Shown here: positions 1 to 13,338 of the stretch, piece after piece
Numbering within the stretch: the first letter of the stretch is position 1
How the letters are laid out: each line of letters starts with the position of its first letter
NCBI GenBank assembly: GCA_040954595.2
Contig: CM082577.2
Coordinates: 16,747,903-16,811,902 of the forward strand
Length of the DNA stretch: 64,000 bases
Direction: 5' to 3'
DNA from: Balanoglossus misakiensis
Taxonomy: Eukaryota > Animalia > Hemichordata
Translations under genes and position numbers: made by a program
The notes under the pieces: generated by a model
What the model was told of the DNA's origin: nothing
The model's database searches: none
The model's input: only the letters and a program-made list of their open reading frames with translations

Positions 1-395
1 TTGAAATCCCACTCATACAATCTACTGTGGACATAGCTGGGCCTTTCTATTAGTTGTAATGGGTTGTTCAGTTTCATATAAGAAATGCAGTGAAAAATTG
101 TATAGATGTTCTTGGTAAAGTAGATGCATACAGATAGAGTAGATAACTGAAAAGAACATTCATATAGTTAATGGTCAAAAACAGCTGAAGCAACTCATCA
201 ACAAAGTCAAGTGTATATTGTGTAGGGAGTTTAGTTTTTGAAAAGAATTTTCATGAATCATGACTTTTGACACCTCAAATGTGTGCATTGATTTTGGGAG
301 AACAAAGTAGAGTAGTAGTGTATGGTTGTTGTTGTTGAATTAGGCAAGGGAGTTTTTAGGTATCTACCTACCCAAATCACACTGTGAATACATTA

Positions 396-398
<3 letters not shown>

Positions 399-437
<39 letters not shown>
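399..437. repeat. (GT)n microsatellite
   Basis: Uninterrupted GT run. Confidence 0.95.
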
Positions 438-439
<2 letters not shown>

Positions 440-616
440 GCTATCTGTCTGAAAAGCAGTATTAAGATAATGTTCTATGACATATACTGAATGTATCCCT
501 AGCACCAGCTACAACTTTTGACTGTCTTTTCTGTATAAATCAAAGAGTAAACACGAAACTTCAAAATGTACCTGCTTTATATTCATGTTATTTTTTCCTT
601 TTTACAATTTATTTTA

Positions 617-886
617 TTTGCAATGCTTAATAAAGACAAAAGTTAGTGATTCTTGTCCCAGTAAGATCGGGAAAGTTCGAACATCTCGAAGGTTGCAGTT
701 TTAAATTGCAGGTCGCAGTTTTAAAGTCACAGGTCGCATGTCGTCATCGGAATTCAATATGCGACTCTGACAGCTGCGACCTGCGTCCTGCGAGTTTGCA
801 ACTGCAACCTTCGAGATGTTCGACCTTTCCCGATCTTAGTTTAACGGAACAAAATCACTAACTTTGTCTTTATTAAGCATTGCAAA
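617..886. mobile_element. Palindromic MITE-like foldback element
   Basis: TTTGCAATGCTTAATAAAGACAAAAGTTAGTGATT at the left is the near-perfect reverse complement of AATCACTAACTTTGTCTTTATTAAGCATTGCAAA at the right. Inner arms (TAAGATCGGGAAAG..TCGAACATCTCGAAGGTTGCAG) are also inverted. Confidence 0.7.
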
Positions 887-890
887 AAAA

Positions 891-956
891 GTATGTATGT
901 ATGTATGTATGTATGTATGTATGTATGTATGTATGTATGTATGTATGTATGTATGC
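891..956. repeat. (GTAT)n microsatellite
   Basis: Tetranucleotide run; it explains the MYVC-repeat ORF at 864..1082. Confidence 0.95.
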
Positions 957-1189
957 ATGCATCTAGATGCAATGGATAGAAGTAGAAGTTTTATGGGTAC
1001 TGTGTGCATGCTTTGCCCGACTGTTGATCTGTCACTAAGTCAATACAAATTCCCTATTTCCATAATAATAGTTTGTTGTTAAAGTTATGTATGCCATCAT
1101 CACATTCTTGATACCTGTAGGTCACTTTGCATGACTTGAATTGTGTACCGGTATGTTTCTGTTTCGTCTGTTATTTGCAGATAAGTTGG

Positions 1190-1645
1190 TATTTGTACGG
1201 AATTGAGTCCATGCAAATGGAGTTGCGAAGACTCAACGCTGATCAGCCAGCCCTTTCGTTTTTCGATGCGAGAGACCAGATCATACGGCTGATAGGACAA
1301 AAGGGAAAATGCCCGAAACCGAAACGTGACGCGATACTTCGTGAAGCTGCAGTCGAGAGTGATATACGCAGTCTTGTTTTGAAGCAAGGAGAACAGATTG
1401 CTGCCCAACAAAAGCAGATAGAAACGCTTCTTTCCGCGCTTCAGGGCAGGCCTGTAAAGCCCACTGTGAAGCGACAGACTGTAGCTGAAGACGGAAAACG
1501 TCACTGTTGGAATTGTAATTCTACGGACCACCTTAGGAAAAGCTGTCCAATAGAGAAGACACCCAGTGGTTCGTCCAAACGTACAACTCTGCCAAAACCC
1601 GAAAAGAAGTCCCAAGCTTTAAACGTGGACCGCCTGCCGCTGTGA
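1190..1645 (+). pseudogene. gag: gag C-terminal fragment (Gypsy A)
   Basis: CCHC knuckle CWNCNSTDHLRKSC, coiled-coil segment, and T-TTA-AAC slippery site at 1618-1624. Confidence 0.8.
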
Positions 1646-4600
1646 GCCGCGTGGTAGGCGAAGCATTGATAGACGGAGGCTCAGTTATACGTAAAGCTGT
1701 CGGGGATTGTCCTGAAGTTACTGTCAAGTTGGGGCATGCTAACGCTGGATGTTTAGTTGACACAGGCGCTGAAGTGTCAACGGTGACTGAAAGTTTCTTC
1801 AAAGAGCACCTCGCTCGAGATGGAAAGTTGGTAGACGTCACATCCTTCATCCAGATCTCCGCATCGCAAGGCTTGGAGATTCCCTTCATCGGTTACGTCG
1901 AGCTTCCTGTTACAGTATTCGACCACACTTTTCAAGGTTTAGGTTTTCTAGTGTGCGCGACCCAGTCGACACCCCAGTCGAGGCATGCAAGACAAGAATG
2001 CCTGGTGTGATCGGTTGTAACGTGTTTCGAGATATGAGACAGACACTTATTGACAAGTATGGAGACAACTACATGGGACAGATGTCAAAACTTGTCCGAC
2101 ATGATGAACTCAAACTATTATATGCATTGGAAATGTGTAAACCCTTAACAGTCCACAAAGAAACTGTTGTGTGAGACCAGTCCGCATCACTGGCAAGAAA
2201 CCCGTATTACTTCCTGCTCGATCTATCAGAATCGTCGAAGGATCAGTACAGTCAGCTAGTGCAGGACAGTCGTATCACGGATTGCTGGAGAGACATGTAG
2301 CACGCGTTGCAGAATTACAAAACGGTGTAGCCGTAGGAGCTGCGTATGTATCTGTGGACGGTAGCGGTAGAGTCCCTATACAGTTAGCAAACTTCAGTGA
2401 TACTGATGTATACTTACCGCCGCGCACCCCAGTTGGCTTGATCAAACCAGCAGTGATGCAGCCACTCATCCGGTTTTGCACTGTGAACGAAAACGAAGTA
2501 GAGGTCAGATACTACTGACTTCACGACACCCATCGTAGACGACCTCATTTCTAGGATGGATGTCGGTGACATCAGTGACGCTGATCATGAAGAGCTGTAT
2601 AAAATTATACGCAAACATGAGGCTATATTCAGTAAATATGAAGACGACATTGGCTTCTGCGATGTTGTGCAACATAGAATTGTGACGATAGATGACCGAC
2701 CAGTCAAAGTACCACACCGCCGAGTACCCCCACATCAGTGGAGTGAAGTGAGAGAATATATTCGCCGTTCATTGGAGAGAGGCATTATCCGCGAGTCGTC
2801 AAGCCCATACGCCTCACCCATCGTTTTAGTCCGAAAGAAAGGTGGTAAGCTGAGACTCTGCATTGACTACCGTTCCCTTAATGCGAAAACTCACAAAGAC
2901 GCATACCCGTTACCGAGAATAGACGAAAGGGGCCAGATATTTCTGCAGCCTGGACCTTGCCCATGGGTTTAACCAGATCCCCGTTGCCGAGGAAGATATA
3001 GAAAAGGCTGCATTCAGGACTGGCACAAGAGGACTGTACGAGTATTTGAGGATGCCCTTCGGTTTGTGTAACGCCCCGGCAACCTTTATGAGGTTGATGG
3101 ACAAAGCTTTTGGGGACATGAATTTCCAAACGCTCCTGATTTACTTAGACGACATATTGGTGTTTGGATCTACATTCCAGGAAACGCTAGCTAGACTCGA
3201 CATGGTTCTTTCACGACTATCCAACCTAAACTTGATGGTCAAGCCCGAGAAATGTCAACTATTCCACACCAAGGTACACTTTTTAGGACACTTAGTGACC
3301 AGCGAGGGAACAGGCCCTGATCCGGAGAAGGTACGCGCCGTGCAGGAGTGGCCTCGACCGGAGACCGAGCGAGAACTGTGTGGTTTCTTAGGTTTGTCTG
3401 GATACTACAGGAGATTCGTGAACGGATATGCCAGGATTGCAGCACCCCTGCAGAATTTGTTGAGGAACCCCCCTACTGAAGTGAAGACTAGCAAGAAGAA
3501 ACATAAGGAGTGTATGATCCGGGATCGCTGGGATCAGTCGTGTGAAGATTCTTTCAACACTTTGAAACAGGTTCTGACAATGGCACCAGTATTGGGCTAC
3601 CCCGATTTCAACTTACCTTTTATACTTGAAGTGGACGCGAGTTTCCATGGTTTGGGAGCTGTACTCTCTCAGAAGAAAGACGGCAAAGTTGTTGTCCTTG
3701 GGTACGCCAGCCGGAGTCTAAAGCCTAATGAACGAAACATGAATAACTACTCTAGTATGAAGTTGGAGTTATTGGCGCTGAAATGGGCAATAACCCAGAA
3801 GTACCGTGACCTCTTGATAGGATCCGAGTTTGTGGTATATACAGATAACAATCCCTTGAGTTACCTACAGTCCACAGCCAAACTAGGGGCCACCGAAACA
3901 CGATGGGCCGCCGAACTCGCACAATTCACATTTACCATAAATAGTGCAGGAGCTAAACCCCACATTTTGGCATAATTGTGCACTTTGGGTTAAAAGCATG
4001 AAACTTGGTACACTTATGAATTGACCCATGGCGGCCATTTTCTGATATGGATCCAAAATTACAGCGCCCTCTAGTGGCCAGAAACAGACATTCATACTTT
4101 AAAATTGTGCACTTTGGGTTAAAAGCATGAAATTTGGTACAATTATTCATTGACCCATGGCGGACATTTTCCAATATGGATCCCAAAAGACAGCGCCCTC
4201 TAGTGGCTAGAAACTGACATTTACACTTTTCCCCCCATTAATGACACTTTTTGGGCAAGTTTAACACTCAGAGACAGGAATATGGGTTGTAAAACATGCT
4301 TGCTACCATACATTCCTTTGAATATTATCCTAATCCTGATGTACATGCATCAGATCAATCTTGTATGTTACTAATTGAACGATTTGTTCTTCGAAATAAC
4401 AACCAGTTCAATACACAAAGTCATGCAAAGGGGTAATACAACACCTCTTCTCCAGAAAGTCAAGGGTTCCCGAGAATACAGGCAGCTCCTAAAGAACATG
4501 TGCTGTGAGAAACCTAGCAAAGATATATCAAACCAACAGAATCCCAGTGGAAATCAAGTTGGACAACTCTTAGTCAAGCCTAAGAAAAGAGTCAACCTCA

Positions 4601-7200
4601 GGAAATCAGTGGCCAAAAGTCATGCACATGTTTCTGTAGGTGCTTTAGGTCTAGTCTGACAGCAGTGGTCATTGTTACTGTGAAGGAAGATGTAATCAAG
4701 ATTGATCTGATACATGTATATCAGGATTAGGATAATATACACATGAATGTATGGTAGCAAGCATGTTTTACAACCCACATTCCTGTTTCTGAGTGTTACA
4801 AATGACCAAAAAGTGCCATTAATGGGGGGGAAAGTGTGAATGTCAGTTTCTGGCCACAAGAGGGCGCTGTAATTTTGGATCCATATCATAAAATGGCCGC
4901 CATGGGTCAATGCATAAGTGTACCAAGTTTCAGGCTTTTAACCCGAAGTGCACGGTTTTTAAGTATGAATGTCTGTTTCTGGCCACTAGAGGGCGCTGTC
5001 ATTTTGGATCCATATCAGAAAATGGCCGCCATGGGTCAATGCATAAGTGTACCAAGTTTCATGCTTAGCTTTTAACCCAAAGTGCACGATTTTTTTGTTA
5101 ACTGCCCCACTAAAAGTACCGTTCTGGTAAAAGCAACAGAAACGCTGATGCGCTGAGTAGGAAGGTAAGCCGTGGTGAGGAACCAAAATCCGTCAGGTTG
5201 GAGGAGACGACGAGTGAATCACTGATCAGCCACACCGCTGACACCAGATTGCCCCAACCCCTGCCGGATGCTGTCCGCCGACAAGTACATCACACAACTA
5301 TGGATGTGTTGCTTGATGAGATGCGTACGAGATCCGCCAAGGTAGAGCCGAAAACGATCTCTACATTCCCCATGGTCCCCAGAGACGAACTCGCAAAACT
5401 ACAGAGAGCCGATGACAACATAGGTAGACTATGGTACTTTTGGGAAAACAAACACCCACCCACAACAAGACAGTTGATGAAAGAAACGAAACCCTCACGT
5501 AAACTACTCCGAAATTGGAAGAGAATCAGAGAGGATGACGGTGTTTTGTACCGCATTGTACATGAGGCTGGACGTGAAGTTAAGCAGCTACTACTCCCTG
5601 ACTCACTCAAGAGCAAGGTACTGTTCGCTGTACACGATCAGGTGGGTCACCAAGCCATCGAGAAGACGACTGCCCTTCTTCGGAGCAGGTGTTACTGGCC
5701 CGCCATGATCTCTGATGTTACTGATTATTGCCAAAGATGTAAACGCTGTATCTTAGCCAAGGCAGGGAAGAGGCTTCAACCCACCATGGGATCCCTCATC
5801 ACTACAAAGCCTTTGGAGGTACTGGCTATTGACTTTACTGTTCTAGAACACGGTACCAATGGTATCGAGAACGTTCTTGTACTTACCGATGTATTTACGA
5901 AGTTCACCCAAGCCATCCCTACGCGAGACCAGAAGGCGACAACGGTAGCGCGAGTCTTTGTTCATGACTGGTTTGTGCGTTTTGGAGTGCCACGAAGAAT
6001 ACACACCGACCAAGGCCGGAACTTTGAAAGTAAGCTCATCAGCGAACTCTGCAAAGTGTATGGTATCACGAAGAGTCGCATGACAGCATATCACCCAGAG
6101 GGCAACGGCCAGTGTGAAAGATACAATCGCACGATGCATGACCGTTTACGCACGTTACCCCCTGAGAAGAAGGGTAAATGGCCCGAACTGTTGCCAGAAC
6201 TATTATATGCATATAACAGCACACCCCATTCGTCCACTGGTTATTCACCCCACTACTTATTCTTTGGTAGAGAACCAGTACTCCCCGTCGATCATCTGCT
6301 AGGAAATGAAGTGGAGGACGAAGATGTTTGTCAGGTGGAAGAATGGATTGCTGAACATCACCGGAAGTTGATGGACGCATATGATATGGCCTCAAAGAAG
6401 ACAGAGCACGAAGCCCTGAGGAGGAGAGCCAGAAATGACCGAAAAGCTGATAACACAGACTTACCTGTTGGAGCTAGAGTATTTCTGCGGAATAGGATTA
6501 CGAAAGGTCGCAACAAAATACAAGATGTGTGGAGCCCAGAACCATATATAGTGGTAGATCGACTCAACACAGGTGGACATACCTATGTAGTTGAGCCCAC
6601 CGACGGAGGACAACCAAAGAAGACTGTTCATCGTAGAGAGATGTTAGATTCCAGAACCCTTGCGAAAGACATGGAACTCAACGATACTCCTACCGATGTG
6701 GCAAAGTCTGAAGACACGTCCTGTAGCGAATCAGATGATTCATGTGAATTTGATGATAATTTTGACTATGGCGTTGATAGTATACGCTGGGAGCAGTTAC
6801 GTTCCACATCCCCAGAAGTAGTACCTGATCAGATGGAGAATCCAGGAAAGGAAGTGGTTACAGCCAGTGTTCCTACAGTTCCTGTTGTCAGTAGCCAGCC
6901 TAGTACTTCATTCAAAGCAGGGAAGCAGCAACCCTTTGACATGAATTAGAGAAGAACCTCACAGACGAGTCGGATGTCAAGCGGAATCCAGAACCCTCGT
7001 CAGCGACAGAAGAAGACGCCGACGGACTTCGCCGTTCGAGTTGAGAGAATGCTGGATGTCATTCTAACCCCTTTCGCTTACCCAGATCTGTTGTAAAAGA
7101 AACTACTGTTGCATTTCAGATTGACCCTCAGGTGTTGACTAATATAGCACAGTCGAATCTCTTGATTATGCAGATGTTATCTCAAACTAAATGTGATTAG
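1642..7200 (+). pseudogene. pol: pol (protease-RT-RNase H-integrase) of Gypsy A, frameshifted and interrupted
   Basis: LVDTGAEVS protease; YASPIVLVRKK, LRLCIDYR, MPFGLCNAPATF, YLDDIL RT; LEVDAS and TDNNPL RNase H; H-H-C-C zinc motif, IHTDQGRNFES and YHPEGNGQCER integrase; RRS..AG.HSNP tail ending at TAG 7200. Confidence 0.9.
3942..5112. mobile_element. Non-autonomous DNA transposon (possibly Academ-like) inserted in Gypsy A pol
   Basis: TAGTG...CACTA termini, AAA duplicated on both sides, and ~400-bp subterminal inverted arms each containing a duplicated ~130-bp unit. Removing it restores TIK-YRSGKSNRNADALSR. The superfamily is an inference from the TAG termini and 3-bp TSD. Confidence 0.85.
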
Positions 7201-7252
7201 CACATAGCTTTATGCTTGGTTGTTGAGACACCAACCATCAAGCAGGGAAGTG

Positions 7253-8287
7253 TGTGACGTGTGCAAAACATACACGCGCATGCGCATTTGTTTTCCATGT
7301 GTTCAGCCGCCATTTTTGATTTCTCTTGGAGTGGAAGTTCCATATTTACTTTTTTATCTGAGCCATCCACCGTGGTCAGATGCCATCAGAGTTTAATCAA
7401 ATAGCAGATATCATTGGTAAGATGTTTATCTTGAGTCTGATATACCTTTTGTGAGTTATCTCCGATGATTTCCGGAGTTATTAACAGTTTTCTGTACACT
7501 GTTGAATTTTCCTCTATTCTTATACATAGCGTCCATAGACGATGTGCATTTCTATGATCGCCGATTATGAGACATTCAAACTTTCCCAGTTTAATGTTTG
7601 AGACAGTTTCGCTGTTTACCGTTATTGATCGATTCGAGACACTCTTGGTGAATTCAGAGTATTCACAGTTCCGAGTTTATATCGTTTTTGATAGAGTTAA
7701 AGTTCTATACAAACGCTATGCAGTTTGTGCTGTTATTGCAAGTGTCTGTGCTTTACACTGCATTTACTGTACGATCTTAGGTGAGATAAACGGTTGATTC
7801 AGACGAGTTGCTGTTATTCTGAAGACTAACCTGTCACAGTCGGGGTGAGTTTGTCTTTCAGTGGAATATATTTTCATAATTGTATTTGAAGTATTTTACA
7901 GTGGAAACGATTTCTGTATGCTTATACATGGGTTTACTATGCACTGTCATATACCGCGACCTGACTCATGAGGGCGCCCTGCCCGTCGCCTGTCTGGAAA
8001 GTGCATCTCCTTGATGTTTGACTTGTGTTGTAATTTCCCATTTATGAGACTTGATATCACATAGTGTATTAGTATTTCACATCAAGCCACGCTCTACACG
8101 CAGCTCTGTGATATAGAGATTTTGATACAGATTTTCCTTCTGTTTTGCTTCAGGTGTTTTTGTCTTTCTTAAAAACCCATAGTTTGTAAACAAACCAACG
8201 CTTGTGTCTATTCCCCCTGCGGAGTCGGAAATAAAAAGAACGTGCATTGGATCCAGCTGTGTCCGTGTCCAATATATCTGCGTTACA
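7253..8287 (+). repeat. 3' LTR of Gypsy A (~1035 bp)
   Basis: Follows purine tract AAGCAGGGAAG. Ends TGTGACG...CGTTACA, with AATAAA near 8230. No second copy is available to confirm the boundaries. Confidence 0.75.
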
Positions 8288-8398
8288 ACTATATTAATTA
8301 AGCTAAGATACTATTTTCTAATATCAAGCAAAGGAAAATTTTCATATCTTCCTGAGACATGATATTTCCAGAGTGTAAACTTTCTATCAGTATGTTAA

Positions 8399-8761
8399 GG
8401 TAGCATTGCATGAAACCGTCGAGACTTTTTCAGAGGCCTATTTCTCATCAAAGACAAAGTTAAAACCCCCATAAACCTTATATATTCTGGAAGCTGAGAT
8501 TTGGAACTTTTGTTTGAGTTGCAAATATTATTGATCCCCGGAAATGGTGGCGATTTTGGGTGAAAAAAACCATTTTTTGATATTATGTCATGAAATTTAA
8601 AATAGGTAAAAAAGTTGACCATGCATCATGCATCTTAATATGTCATTCGAAACTAGAGTACACGTGACGTATTAGTCAGGGTGTGGGTCAGTATTAGGCC
8701 TACCCATTTATGTAAAAAAGTAAAATTTGGCAAAAATCACAACTTTTCATGCAATGCCACC
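8399..8761. mobile_element. Kolobok-type MITE
   Basis: TTAA on both sides. TIR GGTAGCATTGCATGAAA / TTTCATGCAATGCCACC. Purine-purine start fits Kolobok rather than piggyBac. Confidence 0.75.
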
Positions 8762-9021
8762 TTAATCACTGGCACTGTAAACACTGAATATTTGACCTAT
8801 GAACCTTAGAATATGGATAGGTATGATCACAAATATTTACAATATATATATCTGTAGCATTTTATATTAATTTATTTTCATAAATATATTTTATAACTGT
8901 GATGCAGAGATTATGAATTAAAAGGCCACTTTTTTACAACTGGTGTAAATTAATTGTAGGCCATGATTTCACTGTTTGATAATTGTAACTAACTAGACTT
9001 GCAATAAATCTGTTTTTGTAG

Positions 9022-10355
9022 GTAGTCCAACAAGTAGTACAATTCATGACCGAGTATTCAAGTGAATTTGGTTTGCCCATGCCCGCAGTACCACGAGGAA
9101 GAAAAGGCACTCCACCCATCTACTTACCATCCAGTGTCACCAAGGAGAGGGTTTATACAGCATATGTAGAGTCATGTGAGCAGACACAGCCACCTATAAC
9201 TCATGTTGGACTCACGACTTTTAAGAACATTTGGAAAGCTTGTGTACCTCATATTCAAACTATTTCACCCAGAACTGATGTATGTACAGAAATAAGATAA
9301 TGTTTGCTACATCAGAAGATGATAAATTGTTATTTACATCTTACTATAATCAGCATGTCATGAAAGCACAAAGAAGGAGAGCATTTTATAAGATTTGTGT
9401 TAAGAAATCACAGGAAGAATATGAAAGGTTACCTCAGCATAGTAAAATTTTTGGTTGCCACAGTCCTTGTTCACAAAATTTGTCTTCTGTACATTATAGT
9501 TTTGATTATGCACAACATTTTTTACTCCCCCATCAGTCAAGACAAGTTGGTCCATTGTATTTTCTTAGTCCATTGAAAGTTTTTTGTTTTGGTGTTTGTA
9601 ATGAAGTATGCAAAGAGCAAATCAATTTTTTATACACGGAAGCTGATTGCATAGGTCAGGATGGTAAGAAAAGTGCAGGACCGAATAATGTAATTAGTAT
9701 TTTGCATCATCATCTTTCACATCACAGTTTGGGTGAGAAACAGTGTTCTTTTCATGCAGATAACTGTGGGGGTCAAAATAAAAATAAATCTGTCCTACAT
9801 TACATGTTGTGGAGAACCAGCACTGGGCTTCATGATGAGATGCAGATTCACTTCATGGAGCCTGGTCATACTAAATGTATCTGTGATGCATGCTTTGGTA
9901 AAATTCGCCAGTTGTATAGACGAAGTGATGTTGATACAATGGATCAATTGAGTAATCTTGTCAGTATGAGTGCTAACATCAATACAAGCCATGTTTTCCA
10001 ACAATCCCATGAATCATCGTCACAATCTGATCACTCATGGCAATGGTATCAGTGGGATTCCCTTTTCTCTGAATATCTTAAACCACTAAAGGGTATAAGA
10101 AAATATCATCATTTCAGGTTCAACAAAAGTAATCCAGGTACAGTTTATGTAAAGGAGGACCATGACCAAATTGAAACTGAGGTAAAGTTGGTAAGAAATG
10201 GTGTGCACTGGCCGCCACCACAGGGAAGTTTTCCTGGTGAACTTCAGTGTGGCGGTTTGTCTGATGCTCGCCATAGACAGCTACATGACACCATTCAACG
10301 ACATGTTCGACCACCTTTTCAGGAAGAGTTTTGTAAAATTTGCAAGACTGTGTAA
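9022..10355 (+). pseudogene. Sola1/DUF7869-like DDE transposase relic (last exon)
   Basis: Motifs HYSFDYAQ, QVGPLYF, FHADNCGGQNKN, FMEPGHTKCICDACFG. Splice acceptor TTTTTGTAG at 9013-9021. Frameshift near 9290 between ORFs 9046..9300 and 9282..10355. Confidence 0.65.
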
Positions 10356-10829
10356 TAAAGCAATTGTGAATACAATGTAAATACAATAAAGAATGAACAT
10401 TTTAATATGAATTTTGAATGTTTGGATTCAGGATGAGTGTGTTGTGTAATGAACTTGTACACCAGTGTCACATCTTACATACAAGTAGTTAAGCTGAATC
10501 TATAGATTTTTATCACTTGAAATTGTGTTGATCTAGTTTCATGCAAATTTTTCCCAAACAATATCTGTAGAGTATCTATCGTGATCGAATTTAATGATAG
10601 AAAGACAAAGTATTGCTTTATGTCCCTCAGTAATTGTAACAATGCGGTTATACAGTGAACAGTGTTCAACAGTGGTGCGTGTGTGAAGTGAGTGACTGTA
10701 CACATGAGGTCAAGGGTCATATTCAAATGAGGTAAAAACATACTTCTGATTGGATATTGAGGGTAAAATTTTAATGACATAAAGTTGAGATGATGTATGA
10801 CCCAAAACTCCAAAATGTCAAAATTGAAA

Positions 10830-12654
10830 CTAGAAAAAGAAGTGGACCTAGAATTGATCCCTGTGGAATCCCACAGGAGATCCTTTTCGCTTTTGAAGTA
10901 CAATTATTGACCTTGACATACTGTTGTCGGTCTTCTATATAAGTCTTAAACCAATTAAGTGTGGATCCCCTAATAGTGGCATAGCTTAGCTAACAAAATT
11001 GTGTGGTTAATCGTATCAAATGCCTTTTTAAAATCAATGAAGATAGCAAAGGTAACAAGACCGTTATCAATGTGCTTTGATATTTCAGTTGTGAGATCTG
11101 CTAAAGCTAACTTGGTACTATATTTCTTACGAAATCCATATTGGCTGTTAGTGAGAATATCAAATTTTTCAAAAAAGAACACAATTGCTTATTTACAATA
11201 GACTCGTACAGCTTACTAAAGATTGGCAAGACAGAAATAGGTCTGTAATTTCCTATTTCATGAACACAACCCTTTTTAAAAATTGGTGTTACTCTTGCCA
11301 TTTTCAGTTTCTCTGGAAAAATACCCTGTGACAAGGAAATATTAACAATATGAGCAAATGGGTCTGTAATATAATCAGCTGCTTCCTTTACAAGTTTTGG
11401 ATATATTTCATCAAAACCAGCAGCTTTACAATGATCTAATAAATTAATTTCTCTGAGTATATCACCAGAATGCACAGGATAGAAAAAGAAAGAATGTGAA
11501 TGACGAATACCAAGGTAATCATTGAAATTAGTGCTACAATGTATTTGTGATGCTAGATTTTGTCCAATGTTGACAAAAAAAGAAATAAAGGCGTCAGCTA
11601 TATCAATATTTTTAGTAACAAAATTCCCAGGGTTTTTGTCATCTTTTATTTTTTGTGGAGCATTAACCTTTGAATTTTTGTTCAAGATTTCATTGATGAC
11701 TTGCCATTTTTTGTGGTCATTCCCAGAGGCTACAGACAGTTGCAATTTATCACAAAAATACTTCTGTTTTGTTCGTCGCATCAGTTTTGTTAACAGGTTG
11801 CGATAAAGTTTGTACTCTTGATGAATAGATGAGCTTGCAGAATGGCGTTTTGTTTTGGAGAACATCTTATGCTTGTTTTTAATTGAGACCAGAAGACTAG
11901 TCCTTTTGTGATCCATGGTTTCCGTAAGCGCTTACGCTGGTTTGAACACTGTTTGACTGGCATGTGTCTTGTTGCCATATCATGAAACAATTTGTAAAAA
12001 GTATTATAGGCAACATTCGGATCATTAGAGTCGTAAACATCCTGCCAAGAAATATTTGCAAAGTCATTTTTATAAGAAACTGGATCAAATGAAGAAAAAT
12101 CACACTTGAAATCAGTCGTTTCAACACTGAATACATTACCACTAAGAGTAGCGATATATTCATTAAAGACAGTGTTATCGCCATATTTTGTTGGTAATGC
12201 GTAGATTATCAGGACAATCTGATAAACTGGTTAAAAATTTCTGAGTAGGTGTATTTTGTCTGCGATATATGACACCTATAATGACCTTGCTTTTTTCAAG
12301 AAGGATTTCAACAAAAAGACATTCACAATGTTGAAGAACAACTGAGTCTATTATAGAGTATGATAATGACTCGTGTAAATAGAGACCAGCACCACCTCCT
12401 CTGGAAACAGCTCTACATTTATGAACAAAGTTGTATAAAAGGGAGGTTATATTATGATACATCAACACCTTGGTCCAGTCATATTTCACTGAGGGCAATG
12501 ACAGAAAATTTGCATTTCAATAGTGACAGAACAACTGACAAGTCATCAAAGTGACATCTGATCGATCTAATATTCAAATGAAGAATTGAAAATGACTGCA
12601 GTGTCAGAAGGGAATCGTTTGCATTAAATTCGTCCAAAGTATAAGACTTACAAT
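10830..12654 (-). pseudogene. CR1/L2-type LINE ORF2 (APE endonuclease + RT), decayed and 3'-truncated
   Basis: ILHLNIRS, VIALSE, GGGAGLY, IIGVIYR (endonuclease); NYRPISVLPIFSK, QYGFRK, FIDFKKAFDTINH, GIPQGSILGPLLF (RT). Many frameshifts; breaks off before YADD. Confidence 0.88.
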
Positions 12655-13318
12655 TGTGACCCGGATTTTTTTGTGATTTTCCAATATAAATACAAAGATA
12701 ATGCTTAGTTTCTGATAGTTCATTGACGGTGGTGTTCACCCAATGACTGTCCAGTATTTGCATAATACTATACGTATTTGCATGCGAACTTTGGCCAGGT
12801 GTACGGCGCCCTCAAGGGGCAAAGAGACACAACCGGTCTCTTTGCTGACTTGGCCAATGCGAGCAGGTTGGTAATATTTTTCTCTCCCTTTTAAATCGCC
12901 CATGCAAGCGTTAAATCATTGCCATCCACCCCTATAATTGAAATATAATGATGTGTTAGTGTTTAAAGAACCATCATCTGTAATATTTTGAGAGAATGTT
13001 CAGTGATTTTTGCTGCAAATGTGTGAATATTGGACTCGGAAAGCACTTTATGCGCCGCAGTATTTTCTGTTAAGTTTCCTCTGTATATTTTCTTTGGTTT
13101 TGTGAGTATTGTAATTCTTTTCTCTCTCTTTGCTGACTTGGCCAATGCGAGCAGCCAAGTACAGATGGAGCCGCTGACCAAAGAAATAAACGTCATGAAC
13201 GTACATTAATGTGTGTCGGGTCAGTGTATAGCTGTGTCCCCTTAGCGAATGGGTTTGAAACAACACAACGCAATGCCCTAACGACAACACCATTACCAAG
13301 CCTATACCAGGGGTCACA
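12655..13318 (+). repeat. 5' LTR of Gypsy B
   Basis: TGTGACCC...GGGTCACA; direct repeat of 19756-20419; AATAAA at 13185-13190. Confidence 0.97.
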
Positions 13319-13320
13319 TT

Positions 13321-13338
13321 TGGTGCCGAGACCAGGAT
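13321..13338 (+). promoter_or_regulatory. Primer-binding site (tRNA-Phe-like)
   Basis: TGGTGCCGAGACCAGGAT, 2 nt after the LTR; resembles the complement of the tRNA-Phe 3' end. Confidence 0.75.

Larger units (their letters stand above)
1190..8287 (+). mobile_element. Ty3/Gypsy LTR retrotransposon A, 5'-truncated and decayed
   Basis: Domain order: gag zinc knuckle, protease, RT, RNase H, integrase, purine tract (7240-7250), then 3' LTR. No 5' LTR in the window. Several frameshifts and a MITE insertion. Confidence 0.9.

Noticed and set aside
864-1082. ORF with MYVC repeats (also 51042..51365)
   Set aside because: Translation of TATG microsatellites.
1160-1190. Splice acceptor before Gypsy A gag as evidence of gag domestication
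   Set aside because: The gag fragment is short and appears degenerate at its start; more simply a truncation junction.
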